Origin: Hemiscyllium ocellatum
Lineage: Eukaryota
Direction of reading: 5' to 3'
Length of the DNA: 64,000 nucleotides
NCBI RefSeq assembly: GCF_020745735.1
Contig: NW_026867603.1
Location: forward strand, 1,860,001-1,924,000
Shown piece by piece: positions 28,146-40,469 of this stretch (its first letter is position 1; every line of letters begins with the position of its first letter). The position numbers were made by a program, and so were the translations under genes. The notes below the pieces were generated by a model. The model worked only from the letters and a program-made list of their open reading frames with translations. It had not been told where the DNA came from and searched no databases.

Positions 28146-28307
28146 CACTTGAATGACATCCCAAAACCGACACAGCCTCCAATCTGTCAGATTCAGACAA
28201 CAACAACTACAACTCTGACACTGAACGCTCACCACCTGAATGCCCCAAACCCCAGGATCTGGCCACATTGCCACCTTTTCTCTCCATTAGTAACAAAAAG
28301 GAGGAAT

Positions 28308-28988
28308 TGTGGGAGAGCGAATTGTGATCCCGCCCTAAAAAAATGACCACATAACAAACACAGAATCATGCCTGCGAAACACGGAGATCAAGCCTGCGAA
28401 CGGATATAGAACCCACCCAGAATGCCCCAGTCAGAGCCAAATCGGCTTTCATAGAAACCAGACATGGCAAAGCTACTTCTCAGACCACAGAATGCACTTC
28501 CCAAACAGACTTCACCGTGGGTTCCATGCCCGATTAGCACGGCTGATCCAATCCATAAGTGTCAGGCTCATTTCCCATTGAAACTCATACCCTAAAACCA
28601 AAAAGGAGCCTGAGAGGCCCTAGAAGACTTTGCTCTCAGGAGGAACACAATGGACGGACCTGGATGCCAGGAGAAGGGACAATTACACATGCTCACGTGG
28701 CCGGGAAACACAACAAAGACTACTCTAGACGATTTTCTCACCTACTCACAGGGATGGCTGGAATCTCGTGTGTCAATTACCAATGACGTTTGATTAATGT
28801 CCATTTAGATTTTTTCATGTTTTATTCTCTTTATAATTTTAAGCATTGTACTGTAACTACTTTCCAATTATTACCTTTGTGCTATACCTCAATAAAATCT
28901 GCCTGCACCTTCCATTCGGGCAAGAGCATTCTGGCTATCTGTGTAGACAACGACTTCTGTGACAACCTGGACAATTTCTCTTCCACGA
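28308..28988 (+). repeat. ERV 3' LTR
   Basis: Preceded by polypurine tract AAAAAGGAGGA (28295-28305); starts TG; AATAAA at 28891-28896; end 'tctcttccac' roughly mirrors start 'tgtgggag'; similar to 14098-14335. Confidence 0.8.
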
Positions 28989-29244
28989 TATTGCTATGTT
29001 GAATAAATCACTTGCCAATTTCACCACCATCCTCTTTGTAGTTTCTGAATTATTGGATTGAATTTCTCCAGCAAGTATTCATTAGGAGAGTCAGTGCAGG
29101 CATAGTGGTTACTCGTCAAACAATTTTGGTGTTTCAGTGAGGCTACGAAGAGATTCTCAGTCTGGATGATTAGGAATACTTTTCACCACAGATTGCTATA
29201 AAATGGTATCTTAAATCTGAAAAAAGCAACTGTAATGTCATGGA

Positions 29245-29589
29245 ATCTCTAAAGTGTGGAAGCAGGCCCTTCAGCCCAACAAGTCTACACCGACACGCCG
29301 AAGAGTATCGAAACAAAACCTGTTCTCATATGCTATTACTCGACATTTACGCATCAATAATTCATCTAAGCTACACACCTCTGAACACTACGAGTAATTT
29401 TTCATGGACAATTCTGCTGACCTGCACATCTTTGGACTGTGGGAGTAAACCGGAGCAGCCGGAGGGAACCCACGCAAGCACGGGGAGAACATGCAAACTC
29501 CAGACAGACCAACGCCCAAGGCTGGAATTTAACCTGAATCCCTCGCACTGTGCCGCAGCAGTGGTAACCACGAAGCCACCGTGCCGCCC
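29245..29589 (-). mobile_element. tRNA-derived SINE (HE1-like)
   Basis: Reverse complement of the GGGCGGCACGGTGGC head at ~29575-29589 and of the tail at ~29250-29280. Confidence 0.8.
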
Positions 29590-30210
29590 CGTGTCATCAA
29601 ATAAAAAAGGCCATTCAGTCTGCCCCGCTAATTTATATTGACAGTTGTGATTAATGGATAATGTTATTTGCATCAATTTAAATAGTCCGAACCGAATTTT
29701 GAAAACAAATTTAAAGTGAAAGATAACTCGAGTATGGGAGTATTACAGCTGTACCAAAATTACAGTCAAATAAAATATATCAGTTATTTTTTTTTATTGC
29801 GATGGTGTGTGTTATTCTCTTACGTTATCGCAAATATTTGTATAATTCTCTGAACAAGTTAATGAAAACTGAGTAAATTCCAGCATAGAAACAACAGAAA
29901 AAAAGATTGACTTCCGATCAAGATCAGTCGTTTGAGGAGGCAATGCTCCAGAATTAGGCAGCCAAATCTGAACATTTCTCTCACTCATCCTCGAGAGATG
30001 GGCTTTCAAGTAAAAACACTGGAAAAGGAATACACAGCCTTTTGAAGTAAGGGTTTGTTGGATACTATAACAAACAGAGGCACACATAACGGAGCATTCA
30101 CGTCAGATACGATTTTACGAAACCACAGAGAAGATGTGAAGGAAGTATAGCAGTTACACATGGATTGGTCTCATGTTCTCGAACTTCCTGTGTACGCTTA
30201 ATCCAGCGCC

Positions 30211-33000
30211 TCATTTCAAATCATTCTCACAACTGGACTGTGGTTTAGAAACACAAACATAACTTTCTGGAAATGCTGAGGACAGCTGTGGAGAGAGCTC
30301 ACATTTATTGTTGCAGTCCAGTGCCTGTTCCTCAGAAATATCTTCAATACAGTCTGCTGGCTCCATTGTCTTAATCTTGTGGACCAGTCGTGGTCCCGCC
30401 TGGGGTTGTGATGCCATGTTAGCATATTTGATTCCGAATCCTACAGCCAGATCATCAGATCAGAACATGACAAGTTCAACTGATGCGACCCTCAGAAAGC
30501 CTTCCCTCACCTCAAGTGTTTTCAATTTCCATCAGGGCACAGCATAAAGTAGAGAACTGTTTATCAATCAAAATATGTTTTGCTATTGTTAGCCTTATTG
30601 CTGCTATGTCACTTTTTCTAGGCAGTTTCAATTATACTTTTGAATCAGAATTGAGATTCATGGATGTGGCGTGCTCAAAATTTTATGTGTAAGATATGTT
30701 TCTCATTGTGAACAATTGTTGAAGGAAGTCCGTGGAGCTGATCATGAACATTAACTAGTTTATCTCACAGTATATCATGGGGAGAACCTCCCTTCTAATT
30801 ATGGTACGGTAGAACTGCGAAGTAGAGCAGCAAGTTACAACGTTTTGCTGGAAAGAGGTCCCGGGCTAAGACACAACCTGACAATTAATTATAAAGTATC
30901 AGTGTGGTCTGAGGTGATACCGAATCAGGAGTCAGCTCTCCGAGTCCGTTTTAATTGATGCTACACCTTCCACAAGTGGACAGGAATGCAAGGTATCATC
31001 TAGCATATTGTTTACAGAGATCCATAGCAAGTGTAGGATAGATGTCCTTTATTAGAGGAACCGCACCTATTGGCAGTACATCGGAAACAAATTAACTGGG
31101 AAATACTCACTTGAACAAGCAAGCATCACTGCATGGAAGGAGTGAGCAAGCAATACACGGCGCCTTGAAGAGATAAACTACATTTTGGCACTACCTCCTA
31201 GTGAGAATGGAAATCACCTATGCGTAGGCCGTTGTGAAACAGCCTTTCGCAGCTACATGCCAAGTACTATATTTCTGCAGGGTGAGGAGCACTTCAGAAA
31301 AATGATTTGTTCACTGGGACGGAAGCCACGGCCAAGACAATGGCTTCCATAACAATAAAAACAAAATATTAATCGATAAACACACGGTTGTATCACTGGA
31401 TACAAGTTAAGGAGTTCGAGATTGGTATTAACAATATTCTCATCTTATAATGCGTAAATGATGATTACTCAGCTTTATTTTAACAACTGTCAGGAGAGTC
31501 TACCTCGTCGTCGTAAAGCAGAATGACTGTGACCAGGTTATCAAGGAGTTAATTCACCTTACTGTTCCTGGAACGATGATGGTCATCGATCAAAATTAAA
31601 AATCACACAAAGATTTACAATATTTTTTCTCCATAACCATTTGAAGAAGGAGCAGCGCTCTGAAAGTTGGTGCTTCAAATTACATATATTGGACTACAAG
31701 CTACTGTTGTGTGATTTTTAACTTCGCTACCCCAATCCAACACCAACATCTCCAAATCATGGTCCTCAATCAGTTTTACTCAACTCATTAAACGCGGAGA
31801 CATTCACTGGGGAGACATTGGAACACTCTGATGCCAGTATTCTCTCCTGAATATTCTGTCCCTCTTCAACTGGGGAAATCTCTCTTCATATGTTTTCCGT
31901 GCCTTTTCTGAACCTGACTTTTTTTACTGTCTGGAAGTCGAGATGTTTGAATTCTCGAGACACAGCGACAAGAATCCTCTGAAAATCTTGCTTTAGTGAA
32001 TGCTGCTGAGAGCATCAGAGAGAATGTTGCAGCTTGTCAAAGAAGTGAAATGTTTATTGACACTTTGTTATCAATAGGACAACGTTTTTCTGACTTCAGT
32101 CCCCACAGATTTGGAAAGAGTCATGGAGTAGTTGACTGCAATTTATGTCACGTTCCTTTCAATGTCCTAACAAACACTACTTTCCAATATCCCATCGCAT
32201 TACTCCATCTTATATTTTAGCTTTGTGGAGAGATTCCAGAGACTGGTATTCCTCTCCTTGGATTTAACAAAAGTTAAATACAGACATTTCGTCGATCTAT
32301 TTGGAATGAACCAGGCGTTGCGGTTGGAAGTAAGGGTTTGGAATGGGGAGCTGTTTTATAATTCCAACACATTACACTTGCAAAATAAAACCGTTTCCAC
32401 TGACAAGGATGAGAATTCTGAAGACTGGAATTAGTGACTACTGAATTAACGATGTAAATCAAGAAGAATAAAGAAATATACAGCCCTTATTTTCATTGAC
32501 TGATGTTGATACTAAACTAGAACATAAAAAAGCTGTTGGAAAAATCATGTACAAACTCTTCGAGTGACTGCGATGACTTTGGAATCTTCATCACTGATTA
32601 CCCTCCAGGTGTCTCTGAGTACGTGCTGACCAGCATATGTGCAAATTGTGCCATTGCACACTCCCTTAACCATTATCATTTGAGTTGTTTCATTCACCTG
32701 CATTTTCAACAGGCACAGGCATTCCATATTAGGCAAATCCTGAATGATTTTTGACTTTTCAATGAAAAATCTCTTTCGATACTCTGCAGTTCGTGTAGCC
32801 TGGAGACAGAGATTACGTTTAATGCTGACTTTGGTTGTGAAAAGCAAATCTTACCTTCAACTTGAACAAACGAGTTTCAACATAAAGGCACACAATCTGG
32901 CGTTAAAACCTATAGTCCTGAGATGAAGAGTTTTACGGTATATTGATTATAATGGCCCAACACGTGCAAGGACACGTCAATACCCCCTTAAAAAAGAACA
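30211..33000 (-). pseudogene. Speculative decayed class I cytokine-receptor-like (FN3-TM-Box1-like) sequence
   Basis: One minus frame with stops reads ...SSFTHYKMRILL...YFVFIVMEAIVLAVASVPVNKSFF*SAPHPAEI (FN3 F-strand-like, hydrophobic stretch, Box1-like); upstream frame rich in N-x-S/T sequons. Visual pattern only. Confidence 0.2.
31630..31765 (+). mobile_element. Penelope-end fragment (family B) with inactivated hammerhead motif
   Basis: CAT-TTGAAGA-A-GGAGC-AGC-GCTCT-GAAA-G-TTG-GTG; core C3 changed to T and cleavage nucleotide is G. Confidence 0.65.
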
Positions 33001-34559
33001 AAATAGAGCCTCTAGATGCAGAAAGAGATCGAGATTTATGGAGAGAAGGGAGGAGAATGGTGTTACAAAGAACAAAGAACCAAGAAAATGCACAACCCAG
33101 GGACAGGCCCTTCGGACTTTGATACCACTCAATTGCCATGTCATTTTATTCAAAGAATATCGATTTGCATGTAATGGACTGGTTCTACTCTTACAAGCTA
33201 TCGTTTTATGGTGCATTGTAGCTCCGTTTGAAGAACATGAAAAATAACATTTTGTTCTGAAAGAGAATCATATCTGGGTGAAAACATTAGCTAATCACAC
33301 TGCTTGCTGATCGACAGCAGTACTTTCTATTATTATTTAATATTGGCATATCGATCAGTTAGAGAAAATTCTGAACATATGAAGGCATTTTGAGAAGGAG
33401 GCATCGAAATCTAAACATGCAACACGCGTTAATTAAAGAGCATGTCAAATATGTTTTGAGAAATGAATTAATTTCAATTCGGGAGAAATTGCCTTATACT
33501 AAATATTACTCTGAACACACTTCTGGTAGCAGGAAAAGTGTGTTCTATCGATTACAAAAAAATGCTCTTTTTGTGGGAAATGGTTTGATATGCCCAAGTG
33601 CCAAGTAATTCTTGAAAATTACTAATTGTTATTAAAATCTTCTTTGGGAATTGAAACCCCTTTGCATTAAAGGGTTCAGGTTGTGTAAAATGTAATTCCT
33701 TACTACATTTGCAGCAATTTTTTCATTTTAATTCATTAATTTTGTGTTGCATATTTAGCCATCTAAATGTACCAAAATACTTGTTTATTCTGTGTCTCAC
33801 GAATATCTTCATCATTGTTAAAATGTCAATCGTCCAGTGTTAATTACCTTTGCACTTACTGTTCTTATTTGATCTTAGACACCTCATGCTACTCGTATCA
33901 TCTACTTCACTACCACATCCTCAGCATTGTTATCCAGTTGGGCTGCGAAAATATTTTAACAACACTCACGCTCAGGAGCAATGAAAGAACGGTGAATCAT
34001 GGCGATTACATTTTTCTTTTTCTGTGAACCCCCTATCAATGCGAAGTTTCACATTAGCGCTCCTAATCGGAGTATTAATGTATCCTTGCACATTCAAGAT
34101 TTTTGAGCATGTCTTTCCAAGACACTTTCCTTTTTATTCCGAAAAGACGATCTAATTTTGATCCCATTGCATTGCCATGTTATTTCATTCAAAGAGGATC
34201 GATTCACACGTGTCAACAAAAATATTTATCTATTTGGTGTGGCATATTCTCGAATAAAAACAGCAGCGATGAAAGGTTAAAAATAAATTGACGAAACTTG
34301 ACACAAATACAGACATATTTGAATGATGCATCGCTTTGGAATGCTTATGAAGGGAATAGTTGATAAATGTCACTCAGATAGAATAGATGGAGAGACTGAT
34401 TTATAAATCAATACACCTTCTTGGTTAATTGGTATAAGGCATGGAGAATAAGAGCAAGCATTTTATTTTCAATATGTGGAAGTCCCTCGTTGAGTCTCAG
34501 CTGGAATATCATGCTTACTTACAGGTACAATACTATCAGAAAAATGTGAAACTCCTGAA

Positions 34560-35955
34560 TAGATTATAACACAGAATATAGGATCTGCGAACAAATTGAA
34601 GACATTCTGCCCCTCAATCCTGCTCGGCCATCCATTACATTCTAGGCTTGTCTCAACTCGCCCTGAAATCCACTGTCTTCCCGCTCTCTATTATACTTGT
34701 GTCATTTTCTCATTCAAGGTCTGTCTACCTTTTCCGTAAATTTATAAAATTACCAGACTCTTTGGTGGTGAATTCCAGAGACTCATTTCCTTTGATAGAA
34801 GGAATTTCTCCTCAAATCTGCATTCAATTTGTTCAGTTTTGTTCGGAGGTGTAAACTCCTATTTCATACTGCTTCTATTTTGGAAAATCTTCTCAACATC
34901 TTTTCTGTAAATTCTTATTAATATAATGCACCCATCTATGAGATAATCACTTATTCCACGAAACGCCACGCTTAGCCTATCTCATTGAGGCAATTTTCTG
35001 TGGCATCAGTCTCCTGTGCATATCCTCTGAAGTGCGTCCAATGTACGTGTATCCTCCTCAAGTCAGGGTACAGATAGAGAAAGCAATGTTTCGGGTTCAA
35101 TCTCAAAAAACATCGTGCACAGTCTCAAAAATCCATTCTGAAATTTATATTCTGTGCATTTAGCAATAAATGCCAACATTCAATTTGCCTTCGTTATTAA
35201 ATGGTATACCTATGATCTTTCCATTACTTTAGTTCCACTATCCTGCTGTGTCAACATAACCCTTAATTCCATTACTAATCATACGGTCATCCACATTATC
35301 TTTAAAACTTAAAATGAGGAAAGCTCAACTACTTCATTGGGCATGGAATCCGATTCGCAACCCTCTTGGTTAAGCCATTACTTCTCAATTAAGTCCGAAA
35401 TCTATTTCCCCTAACTTGAGGCTGTGCCCTGGTTTCACCGACCCGTCGGAAATTTCTCTCTAATTCTATCCTAAAATTCCCTTCATAAATTTGTATGCTT
35501 CTAACGATCCTCCCTCTTTTTTTTATAAATTGCAATGAATGTAATTGCATTGTAATATATTTCCACTTTCAAGTAAAGCCCCTCAGCTACGGAATCAACC
35601 TTGTGAAACTCCTGTGCACAATTTCTTGTTCCAGGACATCCTTTCCCAAGTAAGAATATAAAAACTGCACGCAGTGCTCCAGCACCCTTTACAACTGCAA
35701 CATAAACTGTCTGCATTCAAACTCAGTGCTTCTGGCAATGAAGGAAAACGTTCCATTTGCAAAGAAAAGTTCCATTTTCCTTCTTAATTACCTGTTGCTT
35801 CAGTTTCGGTGTTTCCTGCACAAGGGCGCTCAGGTCTCTCTGCTGACCAAGGTGCTGTAATTTCTTACCATTCAAGTAGTAGATCATTTTACTGTGACTC
35901 CTAACGACATAAGTGAATTCTCATTTATTAACATTGTACTCTATCTGCCAGACGT
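34560..35955 (-). mobile_element. CR1-like LINE fragments (counterpart of 2700-4790)
   Basis: Reverse complement aligns to 2890-3130 and 4400-4780. Confidence 0.8.
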
Positions 35956-36139
35956 TTGTCCAATAATTTAAACTGTCTAGGCACAAGGGCCACAGTGTTC
36001 TCGTGTCGAGGAATTGCAAAGACTCACAACCACTTGAATGGAGATATTCCTTCTCATCTCAGTCTTACATTAACACCGCTTAATTTTGAGATTGTGCCCT
36101 CGAGACCAGGTCCTCACATGACGGGAAACATCTGTCAGC

Positions 36140-38280
36140 ATTCATGGAGTGGTTCTGGTAGGGGATTTTAAATTTCCAAGCATAGACTGCGCATGCCATT
36201 GTGGTAGAGATTTAGATAGAGATGAATTTGTTACATGTGTAAAAGCAAAGTTTCTGAAAACTGTCTGTGAGTGTACCTGCCAGAGAAGGTACAACAATTG
36301 ACCTACTCTTAGGAAATAAGTCAGGGCAATGAGCGTGGTGGCAGTGTGGGAGCATTTCAGTGTCACCGACCGTAATTATATTAGTTTTAATACATTGATG
36401 GAAAAGGATAGACCACTTCTAAAATTTAAATCTCTAACTGAGAGAAAAGCCTTTTTTCAACTGACTAGGCAAGAAAATTCTACAGTTGATTGGAGGAGAA
36501 TTTCACAGAAAGCGACGGCTGGAAAATGAGAAGACTTCAAAAAAAATGAGATAACGAGAGTCCAGAGACAGAATATCAATACTAAGTTGGAAGGCGAGTT
36601 CAGTGGAGAATGCTGAATGATATGATAAATTGAAGTTTTGCCAACAAGAAGAAGGATGATTATGTCGGGTATAGACAAGAGATCGTGCAAATCCTCAGAA
36701 AAGTATAACGGCAGTAAGTGTAAACTTAACAGTGAAATCTGGACTTAAAAGAGGACATGCGATAGCTTTCGCAATATGGTAAATCAAAATTGAAATGGAT
36801 TTTACAGCATGTTTAGAACAAAAGGATAACTAGGGAGAGAAAATAGGGCCTCAAAAATCAAAATGGCAACCTATGTGTTGAACTCAGGAGGTGAGATGTA
36901 TACTAAACGAATATTTTGCATCACTGATTAATGTGGAGAAGGAAATAGATGACATTGAATGTGTTGAAGTAGAGAGTGACGTATTGAACCAAATATCTAC
37001 ATTGCAAAGATGGAGGTGCTAGATGTCTTAAAATGCATAAAGGTGTGCTAATCCCCAAGACTAGATCACGTGAATCGTTGAAATCCGTGGGAAGCAGGAG
37101 AAGTGATGGCTAAGTCCCTTGCTGTGAAATTTATAACATTAATAGCCATAGGTGAGGTTGGAGGCCTGCTAAAACAGTTGCACTATTACAGAAATGTGGT
37201 ACAGAAATGTGACGGAACCTCAGACCGGTGAGCCTGCTATTGGTGGCCAGCAAGTTTTTGGAGGGAATCCTGAGGGATAGAAGTTCCACATATTTGGATC
37301 GTCAAGAACTGGTGAGTGATAGTCAACATGTCTTTGCCCGTTGGAAATCATGTCTCATTAAGTTGATTGTTTTTCTTTTAAGAAGTAACGAAGAGAATTG
37401 ATGAGAGCAGAATAGTGGACGTGATCTATGTAGAATTCAGTAAGGCGTTCATCAATGTTGCTTATGGTGGACTGGACCACACAAAATACAGCGATAACTG
37501 GCCATTTGGATACAAAACTAGCTCGAAAGGAGAAGACAAAGGGTGGTGCTGGAGGTATGCTTTTCAGAATGCAGGACTGTGTACAGTGATGTGCCAAAAA
37601 GAGCGATGCTGTGTTAACTCCTTACCATCATTTAAATAAACGATTTTCATACGGTCATACGAGGTATACTTCGTAACTTTGAAGGTTGCACTTCAGTTGG
37701 ATGTATAGTGGACTGCGATGGAGGTTACCTCAGTGAAAAACGGGATCTAGAACTGATGGGCTAATGGGTCGAGTGCTGGCAAATGGAATTTAATTTAGAT
37801 AAACGTGAGGTGCAGCATTTCGAAAAGGTAAAGTAGGGTTGGTCTTAAGTAACTAATGTTAATGGCCCAGTGCATGTTGCTGAACAACGAGACTTTGAAG
37901 TGCAATTTTATAGTTCATTGCAAGCTATGTCACAGATAGATCGGGGAGTGAACGCGTTTGGAATGTTTTCCTTTATTGGTCAGAACATTGAGTATTGGAT
38001 TTGGGAGTATATATTGTGGCTGTACAGGCCATTGGTTATGCTACTTCTGTAATACGGTGTGCATTTCTGGTCTCCCTGATTTCGGAAGGATACTGGGCAC
38101 TGAAACGTATACGGAAACAAATTATGAGGACTATGCCAGGATGTGTTTATTTGAACTATGGATATATATGCACCAAGTGCAAGTAACTTTGACAAAATTT
38201 GAATATCTGCCAGTCATGAAGGAGTTTCACGAATGGTTTGTTTCTCTGTTGTACATATCTGTGACTCTATGACTCTATGA
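36140..38280 (+). mobile_element. CR1-like LINE, decayed ORF2 (counterpart of 575-2690)
   Basis: VDVIYVEFSKAF RT remnant; tail 'tctgtgactctatgactctatgac'. Confidence 0.85.
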
Positions 38281-39057
38281 CCCTGTCAAGCATCTTAGGA
38301 ATCCTTCATATTTCATTGTATCACCTCCCTCTCCTCTTATATCCTTTGAACAGACTCACAACTTTTTAGTCTTTATTCAAAAGGCAATTACTCCACACCT
38401 TCTCTGAACTGCCTCAAATAACATGATATTTTTCCTTATATTCAGGAACCAAAACTACCCGCAATATTGAAGATGCTGTCTCACCATCACTTTGTACATT
38501 TCCGGTGAGTTTTCCTTAGTCATATTCCAAACCCTTTGTCAAGGTTTTCGCCATTTAAATAATTATTTTTCTCCCTTCCAAAGCTACCAATTTCACAGTC
38601 TCCCACTGCATTTGCCAACATTTTGATTACTTACCATTAACATCTCTGCATAAACTGTTTGTCTTTGTTTTACGACTGGCCTTTCTCCGTGGTTTTGCAA
38701 ATTTGACAACAGCACATTCTCTATCATGCTACACTTCAAATGTTCCCAGCACTGATTCCAGGAATAAAGTGTTATTTTTCAGTTTGATGCCTCATAACGA
38801 TAACATGCATAGACAGAGCTTAGGAGGATGACGGATGGAGTTAATTGAAAATTATAAACTGACAGATGACTGCATGGAAATAGCATGGAGAAGATATGTC
38901 CACTAGCAAGGGTGAGCTGGACCTGAGGGCACAACACCAGGTTCAAGGAACGATCATTTACTGCTGAAATGAGCAACAAAATCTTCAGTGAGAGCTTCTT
39001 GAATATGTGGAACAAATGGCTGCAGAAGGCTGTTTAGGACAAGTGAAGAATGGTAAG

Positions 39058-39290
39058 CAAGTGAGGGCTGCAGATGCTAGAGATCAGAGTCGAAGAGTGT
39101 TGTACTGTAAATGTGCAGCTGGTCAGGCAGTATCTAAAGATCAAGAGAATCGACGTTTCGATTAGATACCCTTCATCAGGCTTGTGGGCCAAGAGGTCTG
39201 AGAGATAAATGGAAGGTGGTGGGGCTGAGGGGTAGGTAGCGGAGAATGTGATGGATAGTTGAAGGTGGAGGTAAAATTATAGGTGGGAGA
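39058..39290 (-). mobile_element. Penelope 3' end with degenerate hammerhead motif
   Basis: Reverse strand CTGATGA-A-GGGT-ATCT-AATC-GAAA-C-GTC at 39152-39179; stem II mismatched. Confidence 0.7.
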
Positions 39291-40099
39291 CTAACTGTAT
39301 TTGAGATAGGGATAGATAGCATCTTGATTAGGAAGAGGATCAAGGGTTGTGGGGAAAAGACAAGGAATGTGTTTGAGGAACATATTCGCTGTGACTGAAT
39401 GGTGGAGCAGACTCACTGGCTAAATTATCTATTTCTGTCTCGGTACCATATAGTTCCTTGCGACAAAGACTTTAAAAAAATTGAAGAACATTTGAATATG
39501 AACAAGGATCTCACTTAAAGCACCGTTCAAAAACAGGGAAAACGTGCTTTGAATCATCTTCAGATTGCAGAACTGCTTTATCAATATTAAAAGCTATGTC
39601 TGTCACTTTTAATTTAATCAATCAGAAGTCAAGCGAATTAAACAAATTGTTTCGCTTACATTTTAGTTAAAGATCCAAGATACTAGCCTGTAAGTGTTTA
39701 AATCTGCTGGAAATTTTCGTACTATAAGTCTATTCAAATTTGTCTAGCCCATTTCAAATCACAAATCCAAAACCAAAACTGTTCAAATCCCACAATAAAT
39801 CCCCAAAACCGTTCAAATTTCAGCGAACAGTCACCAAACTTGCAGAATGGGGTAAGGCCTCCTGCCAATTCACACCAGCAACACAGAAAAGATTTATCTC
39901 TTGCAGTATTCTGTGAAACTTCGAGAGGCCAAGAACTATTTGATGTAAAAATTACAAATTTATTTCTTAATGTATTACAGCGAATAATTAACTAACACAT
40001 ATTAACAAATCCTTCCTATAACATATCTCGAACCTTCCCCTTCTATATTACTAGTCCGGTAAAAACCACCGATTAAGATTTAGAAAACAAACGTCTTAC

Positions 40100-40337
40100 C
40101 TCAAACGGAGCAGCTTTTGCTCCTTCTCTGCCTCCCTGTCTAATTGTGGATTCTGATTTACAAGTTACTTATCAATAAAGACACTATTCAGATAGCTATT
40201 TTGTTCAAGCAGTCTCTACACGCTGATGGTTTGGCAGTTCTCCTCTCAATGGTTCAAACCTCCACCGTCTTATACCCCAAAGAATTGGATTGCGTCATTG
40301 ACCTTTAAGATTGTCAATATACTAAATTGAAACTGAA
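40100..40337 (-). promoter_or_regulatory. Candidate Pol II promoter plus non-coding first exon
   Basis: On the minus strand: IRF-like element (40325-40337), ATGACGCAAT (40289-40298), CCAAT (40284-40288), TATAAGA (40268-40274), then ~140 nt without ATG ending at donor G|GTAAGA (40100/40099). Confidence 0.4.
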
Positions 40338-40469
40338 TTGTAGATTTTTTTTGCGGGAGGAGGTAAAATGTAAACTGGTTGGTCTAGTTCGAGTCTGGTT
40401 TTGTCTCCAGGCAACCAGCTACCCTGACTGCTGGAACAAAAAAATGCATTATATCTCTTCATAGAACAC

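Larger units (their letters stand above)
27170..28290 (+). pseudogene. env: ERV env remnant (TM subunit region)
   Basis: QNRKTLDNLLIKKRGKWALIG (27640-27702) resembles the class I immunosuppressive domain (LQNRxxLDxLLxxxGGxCxxIG); upstream WLPLSCTGSCFIREVVP-like SU end; lies between IN and PPT. Confidence 0.75.
14098..28988 (+). mobile_element. Decayed endogenous retrovirus (class I, gamma/epsilon-like), LTR-gag-pro-pol-env-LTR, fragmented by nested insertions
   Basis: See component features: LTR similarity 14.1 vs 28.3 kb, PPPY gag, class I RT/RNase H/IN motifs, env immunosuppressive-domain-like motif, polypurine tract before 3' LTR. Confidence 0.85.
33030..38800 (-). repeat. Arm B of the inverted segmental duplication (partner 1-6350)
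   Basis: Reverse-complement collinear matches as listed for arm A. Confidence 0.85.

Noticed and set aside
31790-31900. Possible zinc-finger linker remnants ('cactggggag')
   Set aside because: No Cys/His spacing recoverable in any frame.
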